From Escherichia phage p000v: 64,000 nucleotides of DNA. Positions 27,724 to 37,339 of the stretch are shown here, piece after piece. The stretch lies in sequence record NC_055781.1; one strand, written 5' to 3'. The number at the start of each line of letters is the position of its first letter. Position 1 is the first letter of the stretch. The position numbers were made by a program, and so were the translations under genes. The notes under the pieces were generated by a model. It did not search any database. It saw only the letters and a program-made list of their open reading frames with translations, and was not told the DNA's origin.

Positions 27724-27972
27724 ATGGAATTATTCGTGGCTAGTTCAGTAGCAGTTTTAATCGCAGGTATTGGTTCAATCATCATTTACATGTTGCCTTG
27801 GGTAATCGCACTTATTCGTGGCACAAAAAGCACAACAGCAATCTTCTTTGTATCTTTACTCTTTAACTGGACGATGATTGGTTGGATTGGAACTTTAATT
27901 TGGTCTATCGTTGCCGAAAAGAAATCTGCTCAGCAGACTCAACAAGTAATTATTATTCGCGAAAAAGAATAA
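27724..27972 (+). CDS. small inner-membrane protein (two predicted TM helices)
   Basis: 82 aa, two hydrophobic segments. Confidence 0.45.
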   Translation: MELFVASSVAVLIAGIGSIIIYMLPWVIALIRGTKSTTAIFFVSLLFNWTMIGWIGTLIWSIVAEKKSAQQTQQVIIIREKE

Positions 27973-27976
27973 ACTT

Positions 27977-28011
27977 GTTTACATTATAGATGGACTATAG
28001 TATAGTAGTCC
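27977..28011 (+). promoter_or_regulatory. T4-type early promoter (GTTTAC -18- TATAGT) with inverted repeat GGACTA/TAGTCC around the -10
   Basis: upstream of ORF 28036. Confidence 0.45.
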
Positions 28012-28035
28012 TATCAAATCAACTAAGGAGTTAAA

Positions 28036-28329
28036 ATGAAAAAGTTATCATTGGCAGCAATCCTACTTGCAGTATCATGTGCACCGGCTCCAGTTACGGC
28101 AGGTTATGATAAAGACCTCTGTGAGTGGTCAATGACTGCAAATCAAGAAGATGTTGAACAACAAATCTTCTCTGATATCATGAACATCACTAAACGAGAC
28201 CGTCCTAATATGGTTAATAAAGTTGTTGAACAACTTAAGTCTGGCGGTATCATGCAGTACAACTATGTTTTGTATTGTGACCCTAATTTCGATAACAAAG
28301 ATATCGTAACCGAAATCACAGGTGAATAA
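28036..28329 (+). CDS. sp: secreted/periplasmic protein, Spackle (Sp)-like
   Basis: 97 aa with N-terminal signal peptide (MKKLSLAAILLAVSCAPAPVTAG); size and position between 41 and 61 match T4 sp. Confidence 0.45.
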   Translation: MKKLSLAAILLAVSCAPAPVTAGYDKDLCEWSMTANQEDVEQQIFSDIMNITKRDRPNMVNKVVEQLKSGGIMQYNYVLYCDPNFDNKDIVTEITGE

Positions 28330-28330
28330 T

Positions 28331-28981
28331 ATGATTTATTATATGCACAAAAACGCGCCATTTAAATATGGTAAATTTCCTAATGCACAATGTTATAATA
28401 TAACGCCGAATGAAAATAATAACGGATACCATATTGGTGTAATTTTTGTAATTGTTAAAGATAACGAAATCGTTGCCTGGGCAGATTTTAAAGGTACAAC
28501 ATATGATGTTAATCCTGTGCCTTTCACATATTACAATATAATGGATTTGGCATATGATTATAATTGGTTTACTCATGACACGTTGGCTCATATTGAAGGT
28601 GTAGGATTTGACATCTCTTATTCTAGCTATTCGTTACGTCCTATGAGCCGAGCTCACGGTAAAGATGTATCATATCTTTCAATTCGGAAACGTGTAAACT
28701 TCAAACGTAGTACAGAGTATGTTGGTGGACTCTTTGTTAAAGATAATAAAATAACCCGTATTAGTTATCCTTTAAGTGTAGATCAAAAAGATGTTGATGT
28801 TGATTTAGTCTTAACTGAAAGTAACATTAATCGTATTGCTTCTGTATATTTTGATATCAATGAAAAAATTGTAGTGTGTGGATACGAATTACCACTTGAA
28901 GAAAAGGCTGAAGCAATTGAAGTCGAATTAGAAATTTCTGTTGATGACCAAATATTTAATGCATTTATGAATCGAGGTTAA
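28331..28981 (+). CDS. hypothetical protein
   Basis: about 216 aa from the ATG right after the upstream stop. Confidence 0.4.
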   Translation: MIYYMHKNAPFKYGKFPNAQCYNITPNENNNGYHIGVIFVIVKDNEIVAWADFKGTTYDVNPVPFTYYNIMDLAYDYNWFTHDTLAHIEGVGFDISYSSYSLRPMSRAHGKDVSYLSIRKRVNFKRSTEYVGGLFVKDNKITRISYPLSVDQKDVDVDLVLTESNINRIASVYFDINEKIVVCGYELPLEEKAEAIEVELEISVDDQIFNAFMNRG

Positions 28982-28982
28982 A

Positions 28983-29180
28983 ATGACTACTGCAATTTGC
29001 ACTGGTTCTAAAATTAGTGTTTTTACAAGTTTTGAAGATTATGAAGTTGTTTCAAAACACCAATACAATATTAACGTAAAAGCTAATGATGGTGTAATTT
29101 GGAATATTCCACACTATGAAGACACTACATATGAAGTCACAGATGCGAACGGTGATAAAGCGATCTTTGTGATTGATTAA
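28983..29180 (+). CDS. hypothetical protein
   Basis: 65-aa ORF. Confidence 0.35.
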   Translation: MTTAICTGSKISVFTSFEDYEVVSKHQYNINVKANDGVIWNIPHYEDTTYEVTDANGDKAIFVID

Positions 29181-29199
29181 ATATACTCAGGAGGTACCT

Positions 29200-29667
29200 A
29201 TGGGTATTATTAACACTGCAATAGATTCTGTTTACGCATATAAGTTTATTCGACTAATGCAAAAACCTTTTACCGAATGGAAAGCGTACGAAGCCAAAAT
29301 AATCGACGAACGTGGAAGTGTTCTTAAACGTCCTTCTACTCCCGAAGAGAAAGCGGCTTATACACCTTTTCATGCTTCAGTTCGTTCAATGAAGCGAATG
29401 ATGAGTACTGTTCCAGGTCTTAATGGAATGGCCTCAATGATGTCTGCCTGGAGTGCTGTAGCTTCACGCTATAACATTACTGAAGAACAACAGAAAGAAA
29501 TATTTAAAGAACTCCCTTTATTTGAGGATATGGTTGCTGGTGATTCAGGTGGCAGTCCTCAAGCTATTGCATCAGGAACAACTACAGGTGCAGTCGTAAA
29601 TAAAGGTCCAGAACAAATTCCTTCCAAGAAAAGAAAGCGAATTAAAGTAAATATTAATAAGTTGTGA
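29200..29667 (+). CDS. hypothetical protein
   Basis: ATG at 29200 with CAGGAGGTACCT RBS; 155 aa. Confidence 0.45.
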   Translation: MGIINTAIDSVYAYKFIRLMQKPFTEWKAYEAKIIDERGSVLKRPSTPEEKAAYTPFHASVRSMKRMMSTVPGLNGMASMMSAWSAVASRYNITEEQQKEIFKELPLFEDMVAGDSGGSPQAIASGTTTGAVVNKGPEQIPSKKRKRIKVNINKL

Positions 29668-29706
29668 TAAGATGGCCTTATTAATTTAAGGCCTCTGGAG
29701 AATACT

Positions 29707-30729
29707 ATGGCTGAATGGATAGATAATGAATTTGCTTATCGTGCGTTTTCTCACCTACCTCGTTTTAGACAAATCAATAATTCAAGCACATTTAAATTAA
29801 CATTTCGATGCCCAGTTTGTGGCGACTCTCAGACAGATGCAATGAAAGCCCGCGGATGGTATTATGGCGGTACTCCAGGTAATGTGCATTGCTATAACTG
29901 CCAATATCATAATACAATTTCTGGATACTTAAAAGAGTACGATGAAGAGCTTTATCGCGAGTATCTAATGGAAGTTCGTAAAGAAAAAGCTAGAATGGAA
30001 CCAAAGATTGAAAAGGTTCCTGAACATAAACCGGAACCGGAGAAAAAGACTATAAATTCTTTGCCGTCTTGTTCTCGTCTGGACAAGTTGCCTGAAGAGC
30101 ATCCTATTGTGAAATATGTTAAGTCTCGGTGTATTCCTAAAGAATCATGGAACAGATTATGGTTCACATTAGAATGGCCCAAATTGGTCAACAAGATTCA
30201 ACCTGGTACGTATAAGAAAGAGATTCCCGAGCCACGTTTAGTGATTCCTATTTTTAATAAAGACGGGAAGGCCGAGTCATTCCAAGGACGTGCACTTCGT
30301 AAAGATGCTCCTCAAAAATATATCACTATTAAAGCTTTTGAATCCGCAACAAAAATTTATGGTGTTGAACGTGTTAAGGAAGGGGACGTCTGGGTAATGG
30401 AAGGCCCTATTGATAGTTTATTCATACCCAATGCAATAGCTATTACAGGCGGCTCAATAGATTTAGATGTGGTGCCATTTAAAGAACGTCGGGTATGGGT
30501 AATGGATAATGAACCTAGGCATCCGGATACTATAGCTCGTATGAAGCGATTAGTTGATGCAGGCGAACGTGTCATGTTCTGGGACCGAGCTCCATGGAGA
30601 TCAAAGGATGTGAATGATATGGTAATGAAAGAAAATGCAACACCACAAGAAATTTTAGAATATATGAAACAGAATATTTCAAGTGGGTTGCATGCTAAAA
30701 TGAGATTATCTCGTTATTCGAAGATTTAA
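29707..30729 (+). CDS. 61: DNA primase gp61
   Basis: 340 aa; N-terminal zinc ribbon CPVCGDS...CYNC; TOPRIM-like acidic motifs. Confidence 0.9.
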   Translation: MAEWIDNEFAYRAFSHLPRFRQINNSSTFKLTFRCPVCGDSQTDAMKARGWYYGGTPGNVHCYNCQYHNTISGYLKEYDEELYREYLMEVRKEKARMEPKIEKVPEHKPEPEKKTINSLPSCSRLDKLPEEHPIVKYVKSRCIPKESWNRLWFTLEWPKLVNKIQPGTYKKEIPEPRLVIPIFNKDGKAESFQGRALRKDAPQKYITIKAFESATKIYGVERVKEGDVWVMEGPIDSLFIPNAIAITGGSIDLDVVPFKERRVWVMDNEPRHPDTIARMKRLVDAGERVMFWDRAPWRSKDVNDMVMKENATPQEILEYMKQNISSGLHAKMRLSRYSKI

Positions 30730-30923
30730 ACAAGCCCTATAATAGCAAAGGCCAAATCAACTACAGTATCCAATGGAACAGAAGGAACTATAATACCATG
30801 GGCAACTAACAATGGTGCAATCCCGAAGTTCCATGAAATAATGCCACCTACAACTATTGCAGCGATAGCAGTTTTCTTTTTATTGCCTTTAATAGCGTTG
30901 ATTAACGATGGAAGTTTAAACAT
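30726..30923 (-). CDS. small membrane protein encoded antisense to the early genes
   Basis: 65 aa, strongly hydrophobic; AAGGAGATATT RBS before the ATG on the - strand; convergent with gene 61. Confidence 0.45.
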   Translation of the reverse strand: MFKLPSLINAIKGNKKKTAIAAIVVGGIISWNFGIAPLLVAHGIIVPSVPLDTVVDLAFAIIGLV

Positions 30924-31011
30924 AATATCTCCTTAGTTACCTATTATTTATTACGCTTTATAAAATTAATGTTAGAATTAACTCTCTTATACTGAATTGA
31001 AAGGAAAAATA

Positions 31012-31533
31012 ATGGCACACTTTAACGAATGTTCACAACTTATTTCTGGTGTTGATAAAGCAGAAGAAGCTTATTTTAATGCTCTGATTCACGAAGATAA
31101 AGACCCACTGCAGGTAATGCTTGATATGCAGAAATCTTTACAGGTTCGTCTGGCAAATGACAAGCCTGAACATAACAAACATCCTGATGAATTGGCCACT
31201 GCTGGTGATGTTGTTGATTGGCTGCGTAATCAGAAAGATTATATTGATGATGAATTTCGTGAACTGCTGACTTCACTTGGTGGTATGAGCAACGGTGAAA
31301 AAGCCGCCAGCAGTGTATGGAAGCCGTGGAAGGCACAACACGCTGAATATCGAAATCGTCGTATCGATGAACTGTCTCCTGAAGACCAGCTCGAAATTAA
31401 ATTCGAAATGATTGATATTCTGCACTTCGTTCTGAACATGTTCCAAGGTCTGGGTCTTTCCGCTGAAGAAATCTTTAAACTTTACTACTTGAAAAACCAA
31501 CACAACTTTGAACGTCAGGATAATGGTTACTGA
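31012..31533 (+). CDS. 56: dCTP pyrophosphatase gp56 (MazG-like)
   Basis: 173 aa from ATG at 31012; T4 gp56 size; MazG-like helical acidic motifs. Confidence 0.8.
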   Translation: MAHFNECSQLISGVDKAEEAYFNALIHEDKDPLQVMLDMQKSLQVRLANDKPEHNKHPDELATAGDVVDWLRNQKDYIDDEFRELLTSLGGMSNGEKAASSVWKPWKAQHAEYRNRRIDELSPEDQLEIKFEMIDILHFVLNMFQGLGLSAEEIFKLYYLKNQHNFERQDNGY

Positions 31534-31539
31534 TTAAGT

Positions 31540-31547
31540 TATAAATA
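31540..31547 (+). promoter_or_regulatory. late promoter TATAAATA upstream of soc
   Basis: exact T4 late-promoter octamer 32 nt before the soc ATG. Confidence 0.55.
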
Positions 31548-31578
31548 CACCTGTAATTAAACAACAAAGGAGTTAATT

Positions 31579-31815
31579 ATGGGTGGTTACGTTAATATCA
31601 AAACCTTTACTCATCCAGCGGGTGAAGGCAAAGAAGTTAAAGGTATGGAAGTTTCTGTTCCGTTTGAAATCTATTCTAACGAGCATCGTATTGCAGATTC
31701 TCATTACCAAATCTTTCCATCAGAAAAGGCAGCTTATTCTACTGTAGTTTCTGATGCAGCTGACTGGAAAACTAAGAACGCTGCAATGTTTACCCCTACA
31801 CCAGTAAGTGGTTAA
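31579..31815 (+). CDS. soc: small outer capsid protein Soc
   Basis: 78 aa; GYVNIKTF...FPSEKAAYSTV matches T4 Soc as recalled; late promoter upstream. Confidence 0.8.
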   Translation: MGGYVNIKTFTHPAGEGKEVKGMEVSVPFEIYSNEHRIADSHYQIFPSEKAAYSTVVSDAADWKTKNAAMFTPTPVSG

Positions 31816-31823
31816 ATAATTTA

Positions 31824-31849
31824 AGGAATCCTTCGGGATTCCTTTTTTC
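31824..31849 (+). terminator. intrinsic terminator (AGGAATCC-ttcg-GGATTCCT then TTTTT)
   Basis: 8-bp stem, UUCG loop, T-run after soc. Confidence 0.6.
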
Positions 31850-31858
31850 GTTTCTAGA

Positions 31859-31888
31859 GTTTACATCTACTAAAAACTGTGTTAAGAT
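31859..31888 (+). promoter_or_regulatory. T4-type early promoter (GTTTAC -18- TAAGAT)
   Basis: near-duplicate of the promoter at 3274. Confidence 0.45.
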
Positions 31889-31916
31889 ATTCTTACTTAC
31901 TCAAGAGGAGAACAAT

Positions 31917-32144
31917 ATGTTAAATCGTTGGATTAAACCTAATAACACATTAGGTGCTTTGATTGCTCAAGAAGTTTCGTTGAAATACGGTCTTGGATAT
32001 TACGATGATGTAGTCGTACACTCATTCATGATGGATGGTGAAGACGTCAAATTTAATGCCGAAATCCGTTGGGATGATGGTGGTGTTCGTTTTGTTCGAG
32101 GAACAATTAATGCTTACGATACTGAAGAAGTTATTTGCTGTTAA
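31917..32144 (+). CDS. hypothetical protein
   Basis: 75-aa ORF. Confidence 0.4.
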   Translation: MLNRWIKPNNTLGALIAQEVSLKYGLGYYDDVVVHSFMMDGEDVKFNAEIRWDDGGVRFVRGTINAYDTEEVICC

Positions 32145-32157
32145 ACCAGGCGAAGGT

Positions 32158-32346
32158 ATGATGCCTATTCCTGATACACACGAAAAAAGTTGGGAATACA
32201 TTGGTGACGGCATGATGGAAGAAGTTATTCGTCCTAAGTCTGCTTCAAACTCTTCAAGTTATAATCATTCATACGTATCGTCTTGGCCTGGTGATTCCGG
32301 GTCAAGTTATTCTGATTGTGGTTCAAGCTCAGGGAGCTGCGAATGA
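32158..32346 (+). CDS. hypothetical Ser-rich protein
   Basis: ATG ATG after GAAGG RBS; 62 aa, C-terminal Ser/Gly/Cys-rich tail. Confidence 0.3.
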   Translation: MMPIPDTHEKSWEYIGDGMMEEVIRPKSASNSSSYNHSYVSSWPGDSGSSYSDCGSSSGSCE

Positions 32347-32522
32347 ACAAGATAGTTAAATGGTTTAAAAGCTGGGACGATGGTGTCGGTCCAGAAGATT
32401 GGCTGGATGTTCTTGAAGAGAATATGGCTAAAGAATTCCAGAAACATGAAGAAAAGCTCGTCGAAGATGAAGGCGAACGTATTGTAAAACTTTATATGGG
32501 TGAACCATCGAGGAAATTATAA
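32343..32522 (+). CDS. hypothetical protein
   Basis: 59 aa from ATG overlapping upstream stop. Confidence 0.35.
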   Translation: MNKIVKWFKSWDDGVGPEDWLDVLEENMAKEFQKHEEKLVEDEGERIVKLYMGEPSRKL

Positions 32523-32986
32523 TGGATGCTATGTTATTTAAAATGTACTTGCTTGAAGCCAAGTCGTTTAAACATATACCAGTAGAAGATAAGACTCCAC
32601 TAGAAATAGCTATTCTCATTAACAAAAGTCTAAATAATCCGCAATATATCGTAGAAGAATTCTGCAAATTGCAGATTCCTAAAGGTTACAAAATTCGTGT
32701 AGAGCGAGTTGGAGCTATTACTCGTTCTAAAAATTCTCCGTTTAGTCTTGAAGAAGGCATAAAGGACTTAGGTTATGAATCTACGGAAAATGCCGTTTAT
32801 GTGAATCCTGAAAAGCGTTTAGACTTGTTTGAAAAGCGAGACCATAAGTATTTTGCCAAAAAATACTTTATTACATCATTAGCAGATTTAATCCATTTGC
32901 AACGAGCTATTTGGAAATTTTTTAAGACAAAAGGTGTAGCGCTAGAAACATTCTCCGAGCAGCCTAGTTTTTATTTAGGTGAATAA
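32522..32986 (+). CDS. hypothetical protein
   Basis: 154-aa ORF. Confidence 0.45.
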   Translation: MDAMLFKMYLLEAKSFKHIPVEDKTPLEIAILINKSLNNPQYIVEEFCKLQIPKGYKIRVERVGAITRSKNSPFSLEEGIKDLGYESTENAVYVNPEKRLDLFEKRDHKYFAKKYFITSLADLIHLQRAIWKFFKTKGVALETFSEQPSFYLGE

Positions 32987-33167
32987 TATGGACCTTATGA
33001 GTATGTTTGACGAGCCTGAAGTTGAGGCTCCTAAAGTGCATCGTAGTGAACTTGTTGATGAACTAGATAGTATTATACAACGACACGGCTTTAGTTTACC
33101 TGTTGAAGCCCTGAAAGACCTTGCCTCTTATTATGACGACCCTCCACCATGGAGTCCTTGGAAATGA
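32979..33167 (+). CDS. hypothetical acidic protein
   Basis: 62-aa ORF; the start could instead be the ATG at 32988. Confidence 0.35.
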   Translation: MNNMDLMSMFDEPEVEAPKVHRSELVDELDSIIQRHGFSLPVEALKDLASYYDDPPPWSPWK

Positions 33168-33326
33168 AAGAGAAATTTAAAGAGAAATTCTTACTAGAAA
33201 TCAAGGAAAAAGACTTTGAGACATGGTATCGAATGGTGAAAGGGTTGACATTGCTTTTTAAAGCATCCTTATTCATGTTAGAACAACCTGGTCCTGATGG
33301 ACCTTTAGTAGGAAAGCTTAAAAAGT

Positions 33327-33356
33327 AGTTTACATTCCCTCCTCTCGTGTTATGAT
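33327..33356 (+). promoter_or_regulatory. T4-type early promoter (GTTTAC -18- TATGAT)
   Basis: followed by an 18-codon micro-ORF, then a second promoter-like element before the modA-like gene. Confidence 0.4.
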
Positions 33357-33514
33357 AGGCTTATCTTTAAATGGAGGTCTATCATGACATGTCAATCTGA
33401 ACTTCAAGAACGCGAATACCTAACAAAATCATTCATTTGAAAATGTTGAATTTTTAGTGTACAAACTCTACTGACGATGATACTATACTTTTATCAACCA
33501 CAGGAGAAACCTAA

Positions 33515-34123
33515 ATGTTTATGCCGTATAATGAATGTGAAATTGAAGAAATGGTTCGTCGTGCTCAAAACCCCGAATATCAAGATGTATTGCAGTACGA
33601 AATTGATAGTCAATTCAGCGACATTGAACAAAGTGTACTGTGGCAGTGTATGGAAAACAAGCCTGATAGCATCCAACAGGAGTTAAGTTCAATCGTTCGT
33701 AGAAATTGGACGTCTTCTGTTCCTGAGACAATGTATCGTGGAATCTCTAAGAAAACTATGGCCACACTCGATGATAAAGGCGTTGGTAGTATTATTAAAT
33801 TTGACAGAGTAATGAGCTTTAGCCCGGTGTTTGGTGTAGCACGTAACTTTGCTTCGTATAATTTTTACGGAACATTTAATATGTTCTGCATCAAAGATGC
33901 ACCATTTGCTTTCAACTTCCGTGAACATATGCTTAACATGATTCTGGCTGCGCCATCTTGTGAGTTCAATGGAGCTTTCCCTGAAGCGACAAGACGGTCT
34001 AATGCTAGACTTATATCTGACGAATGTGAATTTATGCTCCCTATAGGGACTACACTGCGTGTAGATTCTATTATTCAAGATGGAAGTTATACAATCTGGA
34101 ATCTGTCTATTGTCGGTTACTGA
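33515..34123 (+). CDS. modA: ADP-ribosyltransferase, ModA/ModB-like
   Basis: 202 aa; R-S-E pattern (YRGIS, FSPVFG, ECEFMLP); T4 mod position relative to dda. Confidence 0.55.
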   Translation: MFMPYNECEIEEMVRRAQNPEYQDVLQYEIDSQFSDIEQSVLWQCMENKPDSIQQELSSIVRRNWTSSVPETMYRGISKKTMATLDDKGVGSIIKFDRVMSFSPVFGVARNFASYNFYGTFNMFCIKDAPFAFNFREHMLNMILAAPSCEFNGAFPEATRRSNARLISDECEFMLPIGTTLRVDSIIQDGSYTIWNLSIVGY

Positions 34124-34197
34124 CTGGATTGGAATAACCGGATGGAACTCAGAACCATTATAACACATAAAAAATTAAAGCATTTTATGAAAAAAGA

Positions 34198-34226
34198 GTG
34201 TACACTACCTGAGGGCATGATATTAT
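34198..34226 (+). promoter_or_regulatory. early promoter (GTGTAC -17- TATTAT)
   Basis: upstream of ORF 34277. Confidence 0.4.
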
Positions 34227-34276
34227 AGACCTATCAGCTAAATGACCTTAACGTCCGTAAGACAGAGGAAAATATT

Positions 34277-35023
34277 ATGTTATCAAATAATAAAATTAAC
34301 AAAATCAATCGTCGTCTTGACCACACCAGAGCTTCTGCGAAGAGACGCTCTAAGGATTTTAACTTAGACTTTAATTACCTTAAAAACATTCTTGATCAAA
34401 AGGTCTGCGCTTACTCAGGTGAATCTTTCAATAACGCTGTTGAAGGTGAGAAATTATCCTTAGAACGTTTTAATAACGATATCGGCTACATTAAAGGTAA
34501 TGTTATCCCAGTTAAGAAAAAATATAACACGGCTCGTTCTGATTTAACATTAGAAGAACTTATTGAGAAACGTGATGCCATTGCAAGACGTATCGCTAAT
34601 CCTTCTGTCCGTAAAGTAGAGAAACTTAATCTCGACGAGAAGAAATGGGCCCAAATCAAAAAGGTTTATGATACCATTTTAAAAATCCGAGCAAAACGTG
34701 AAAATCGTGTTAAGCATATGGCGAACATGATGAAAAATCAACCTTTATCTAACGAATCTAAACTTAGAATTGTTGCTTTGAAAGCACGCATTAACGGCTC
34801 ACATCAAGCGGAAGGACATGAACTTACTAAACTCAACGTTCTTCTTAAAGGCTCTGACTGGAAAACTAAAACTAAATTAACTGACGCTGAATCGCTTTTC
34901 GATACATATGATAAAGTTATCCAAGGTCTGCAACGTTTTGAAAAGATTGGTTTCATTGGTAAATTAAAATTGAAACGTGGCCTACCACTTAGCGCATCAT
35001 TATTCCAACTGATTAAAGGTTAA
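34277..35023 (+). CDS. srd: Srd-like basic protein (assigned by position)
   Basis: 248 aa, Lys/Arg-rich; between the mod-like gene and dda as in T4. Confidence 0.35.
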   Translation: MLSNNKINKINRRLDHTRASAKRRSKDFNLDFNYLKNILDQKVCAYSGESFNNAVEGEKLSLERFNNDIGYIKGNVIPVKKKYNTARSDLTLEELIEKRDAIARRIANPSVRKVEKLNLDEKKWAQIKKVYDTILKIRAKRENRVKHMANMMKNQPLSNESKLRIVALKARINGSHQAEGHELTKLNVLLKGSDWKTKTKLTDAESLFDTYDKVIQGLQRFEKIGFIGKLKLKRGLPLSASLFQLIKG

Positions 35024-35025
35024 TT

Positions 35026-35337
35026 ATGGTTTATGTATATGCAATAGTTTATCGAGATATGGAAGGATTTACTGTCCCGGTTCCACTTGATGAGCATCGT
35101 CCTGCAGTATTTTTTAGAAAGGATATTGCAGATAAAGTTTTCGATACTTTGAAAACACAGTATAAAACAGATTTAAAAATGGGAGTTCTAAGAATGGTCG
35201 AAACTCCGCGTAAGTTCTGGTTTAATAAGCTTGAAATGAAACACATTAAACTAGATGCGGAGACGCAAAGATTGTATCAACGAATTCTAGATACTGGCCG
35301 TATTGTTAGTATTCCAATTGCAGGGACTTTACGATGA
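35026..35337 (+). CDS. hypothetical protein
   Basis: 103-aa ORF directly upstream of dda. Confidence 0.4.
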   Translation: MVYVYAIVYRDMEGFTVPVPLDEHRPAVFFRKDIADKVFDTLKTQYKTDLKMGVLRMVETPRKFWFNKLEMKHIKLDAETQRLYQRILDTGRIVSIPIAGTLR

Positions 35338-36647
35338 CATTTGATGATTTGACTGAAGGCCAGAAAAACGCCTTCAACGTTGTTATGAAAGCTATTAAAG
35401 AAAAGAAACATCACGTAACTATTAATGGGCCTGCTGGTACAGGTAAAACAACCCTTACTAGATTCATCGTTGAAGCCCTTATTTCTTCTGGAGAATCAGG
35501 TATTATTTTAGCAGCCCCTACACATGCTGCTAAAAAGGTTCTAAGCAAACTTGCAGGTCAAGAAGCATCGACTATTCATAGCATTCTTAAAATCAACCCA
35601 ACTACATACGAAGAAAACGTATTGTTTGAACAGAAAAAGGTTCCCGACTTAGCCTTGTGTCGTGTACTGTTATTTGATGAAGCATCAATGTGCGACCGTT
35701 CTCTGTTTAAAATAATGTTAGCTAGTATCCCTAAATGGTGTACAGTAATTGGAATCGGCGACAGATGCCAGATTCGTCCAGTGGACCCCGGCGAATCAAC
35801 TGCGTATCTAAGTCCTTTCTTCACTCACAAAGACTTCGTGCAATGCAACCTTACAGAAGTTAAACGTAGCAATGCACCAATTATTGATGTTGCGACTGAT
35901 ATTCGTAATGGCAAATGGATTTACGATAAAGTAGTTGATGGACACGGTGTTCATGGATATACAGACCTTAAATCGTATATGATGAACTATTTTAATGTCG
36001 TTAAAACTCCTGAAGACCTTTTCGAAAATCGAATGATGGCATTCACAAATAAGTCGGTTGACAAGTTGAATTCAATTATTCGCCGAAAACTTCTTGAAAC
36101 AGAAAAGCCATTTATTAAAGACGAAGTCATTGTTCTACAAGAGCCGTTTACCAAGACGTATAAGCTAGATGGCAAAAATATGACTGAAATGCTTTTCAAT
36201 AACGGGCAATTCGTTCGTATTCGAGATGCCGTAGAAACGTCTACATTCGTTAAAGCACGCGGTGTTTCAGGCGAATATATGATACGATACTGGAATCTTA
36301 CAGTAGAAACATATGGGGATGATGAAGAATACGTCCGCGAGGATATAAAGGTTATTTCTTCCGAAGAAGAGCTTTATAAATTCAATTTGTTTTTGGCTAA
36401 GACCGCAGAAACATACAAATTCTGGAATAAAGGTGGTAAAGCTCCATGGAGTGAATTCTGGGATGCTAAACGTATGTTCACTAAGGTGAAGGCACTACCA
36501 GTATCAACCTTCCATAAGGCCCAGGGTATGTCTGTTGACACGGCCTTTGTTTATACACCGTGTATCCATTATGCTGATTCAGAATTAGCTAAACAGTTAT
36601 TGTATGTCGGCACAACTCGTGGTCGTTTTGACGTCCATTTTATTTGA
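35334..36647 (+). CDS. dda: DNA helicase Dda (SF1)
   Basis: 437 aa; Walker A GPAGTGKTT, Walker B LFDEASM. Confidence 0.9.
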   Translation: MTFDDLTEGQKNAFNVVMKAIKEKKHHVTINGPAGTGKTTLTRFIVEALISSGESGIILAAPTHAAKKVLSKLAGQEASTIHSILKINPTTYEENVLFEQKKVPDLALCRVLLFDEASMCDRSLFKIMLASIPKWCTVIGIGDRCQIRPVDPGESTAYLSPFFTHKDFVQCNLTEVKRSNAPIIDVATDIRNGKWIYDKVVDGHGVHGYTDLKSYMMNYFNVVKTPEDLFENRMMAFTNKSVDKLNSIIRRKLLETEKPFIKDEVIVLQEPFTKTYKLDGKNMTEMLFNNGQFVRIRDAVETSTFVKARGVSGEYMIRYWNLTVETYGDDEEYVREDIKVISSEEELYKFNLFLAKTAETYKFWNKGGKAPWSEFWDAKRMFTKVKALPVSTFHKAQGMSVDTAFVYTPCIHYADSELAKQLLYVGTTRGRFDVHFI

Positions 36648-36656
36648 GAGAAAATT

Positions 36657-37334
36657 ATGAGCACTGATGTTATTATAGATTTTGAAACATTCGGCAATAC
36701 GTCAAAAGCTGCTGTTATTGACCTTGCGGTTATTGCATATAATTCAGACCCTGAAGTTGTTGAAACATTTGAAGAACTTGTTCAACGAGGTAAGCGAATT
36801 AAATTTAATTTAGCTTCTCAAAAAGGGAAGCGAGTTTTCGCTAAATCCACTATGAAATGGTGGAAAGAACAATCGGCTGAAGCACGTAAAAACCTGGCTC
36901 CGTCTGAAGACGATGTCACTACGCTTGAAGGCATTAAAATCTTTTTAGATTATTGTCGAGCTAATAAAGTTGACCAATGGAAATCACAGATGTGGTGCCG
37001 TGGTATGAGCTTTGACTTCCCGATCTTGGTCGATTTGATTCGTGACCTCTATCGTGATGAAGGTGTTCTTGAACCAGATATTGATACCGATAAATTAGAA
37101 CCTGTTAAATTCTGGGCTCAACGCGATATTCGTACGGCAATCGAAGCTTACTCGTTGACACGAGGATTAAGTATGTGTCCATTACCGATGGGTACGCTAA
37201 AAGGATTCGTTGCCCATGATAGTATTCATGATTGTGCTAAAGATATTTTGATGTTAAAATATGCTCAGCGTTATGCGCTTGGCCTTGAAGATGTCCCTGA
37301 GAATCCTGACCCGTTAAGTGTAAAACAGCGATAA
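36657..37334 (+). CDS. dexA: exonuclease A (DEDD family)
   Basis: 225 aa; N-terminal IIDFETFG; adjacent to dda as in T4. Confidence 0.8.
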   Translation: MSTDVIIDFETFGNTSKAAVIDLAVIAYNSDPEVVETFEELVQRGKRIKFNLASQKGKRVFAKSTMKWWKEQSAEARKNLAPSEDDVTTLEGIKIFLDYCRANKVDQWKSQMWCRGMSFDFPILVDLIRDLYRDEGVLEPDIDTDKLEPVKFWAQRDIRTAIEAYSLTRGLSMCPLPMGTLKGFVAHDSIHDCAKDILMLKYAQRYALGLEDVPENPDPLSVKQR

Positions 37335-37339
37335 AACCA

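Noticed and set aside
33363-33419. 18-codon micro-ORF after the early promoter at 33327
   Set aside because: Very short and no distinctive composition; could be a leader peptide but not supportable.
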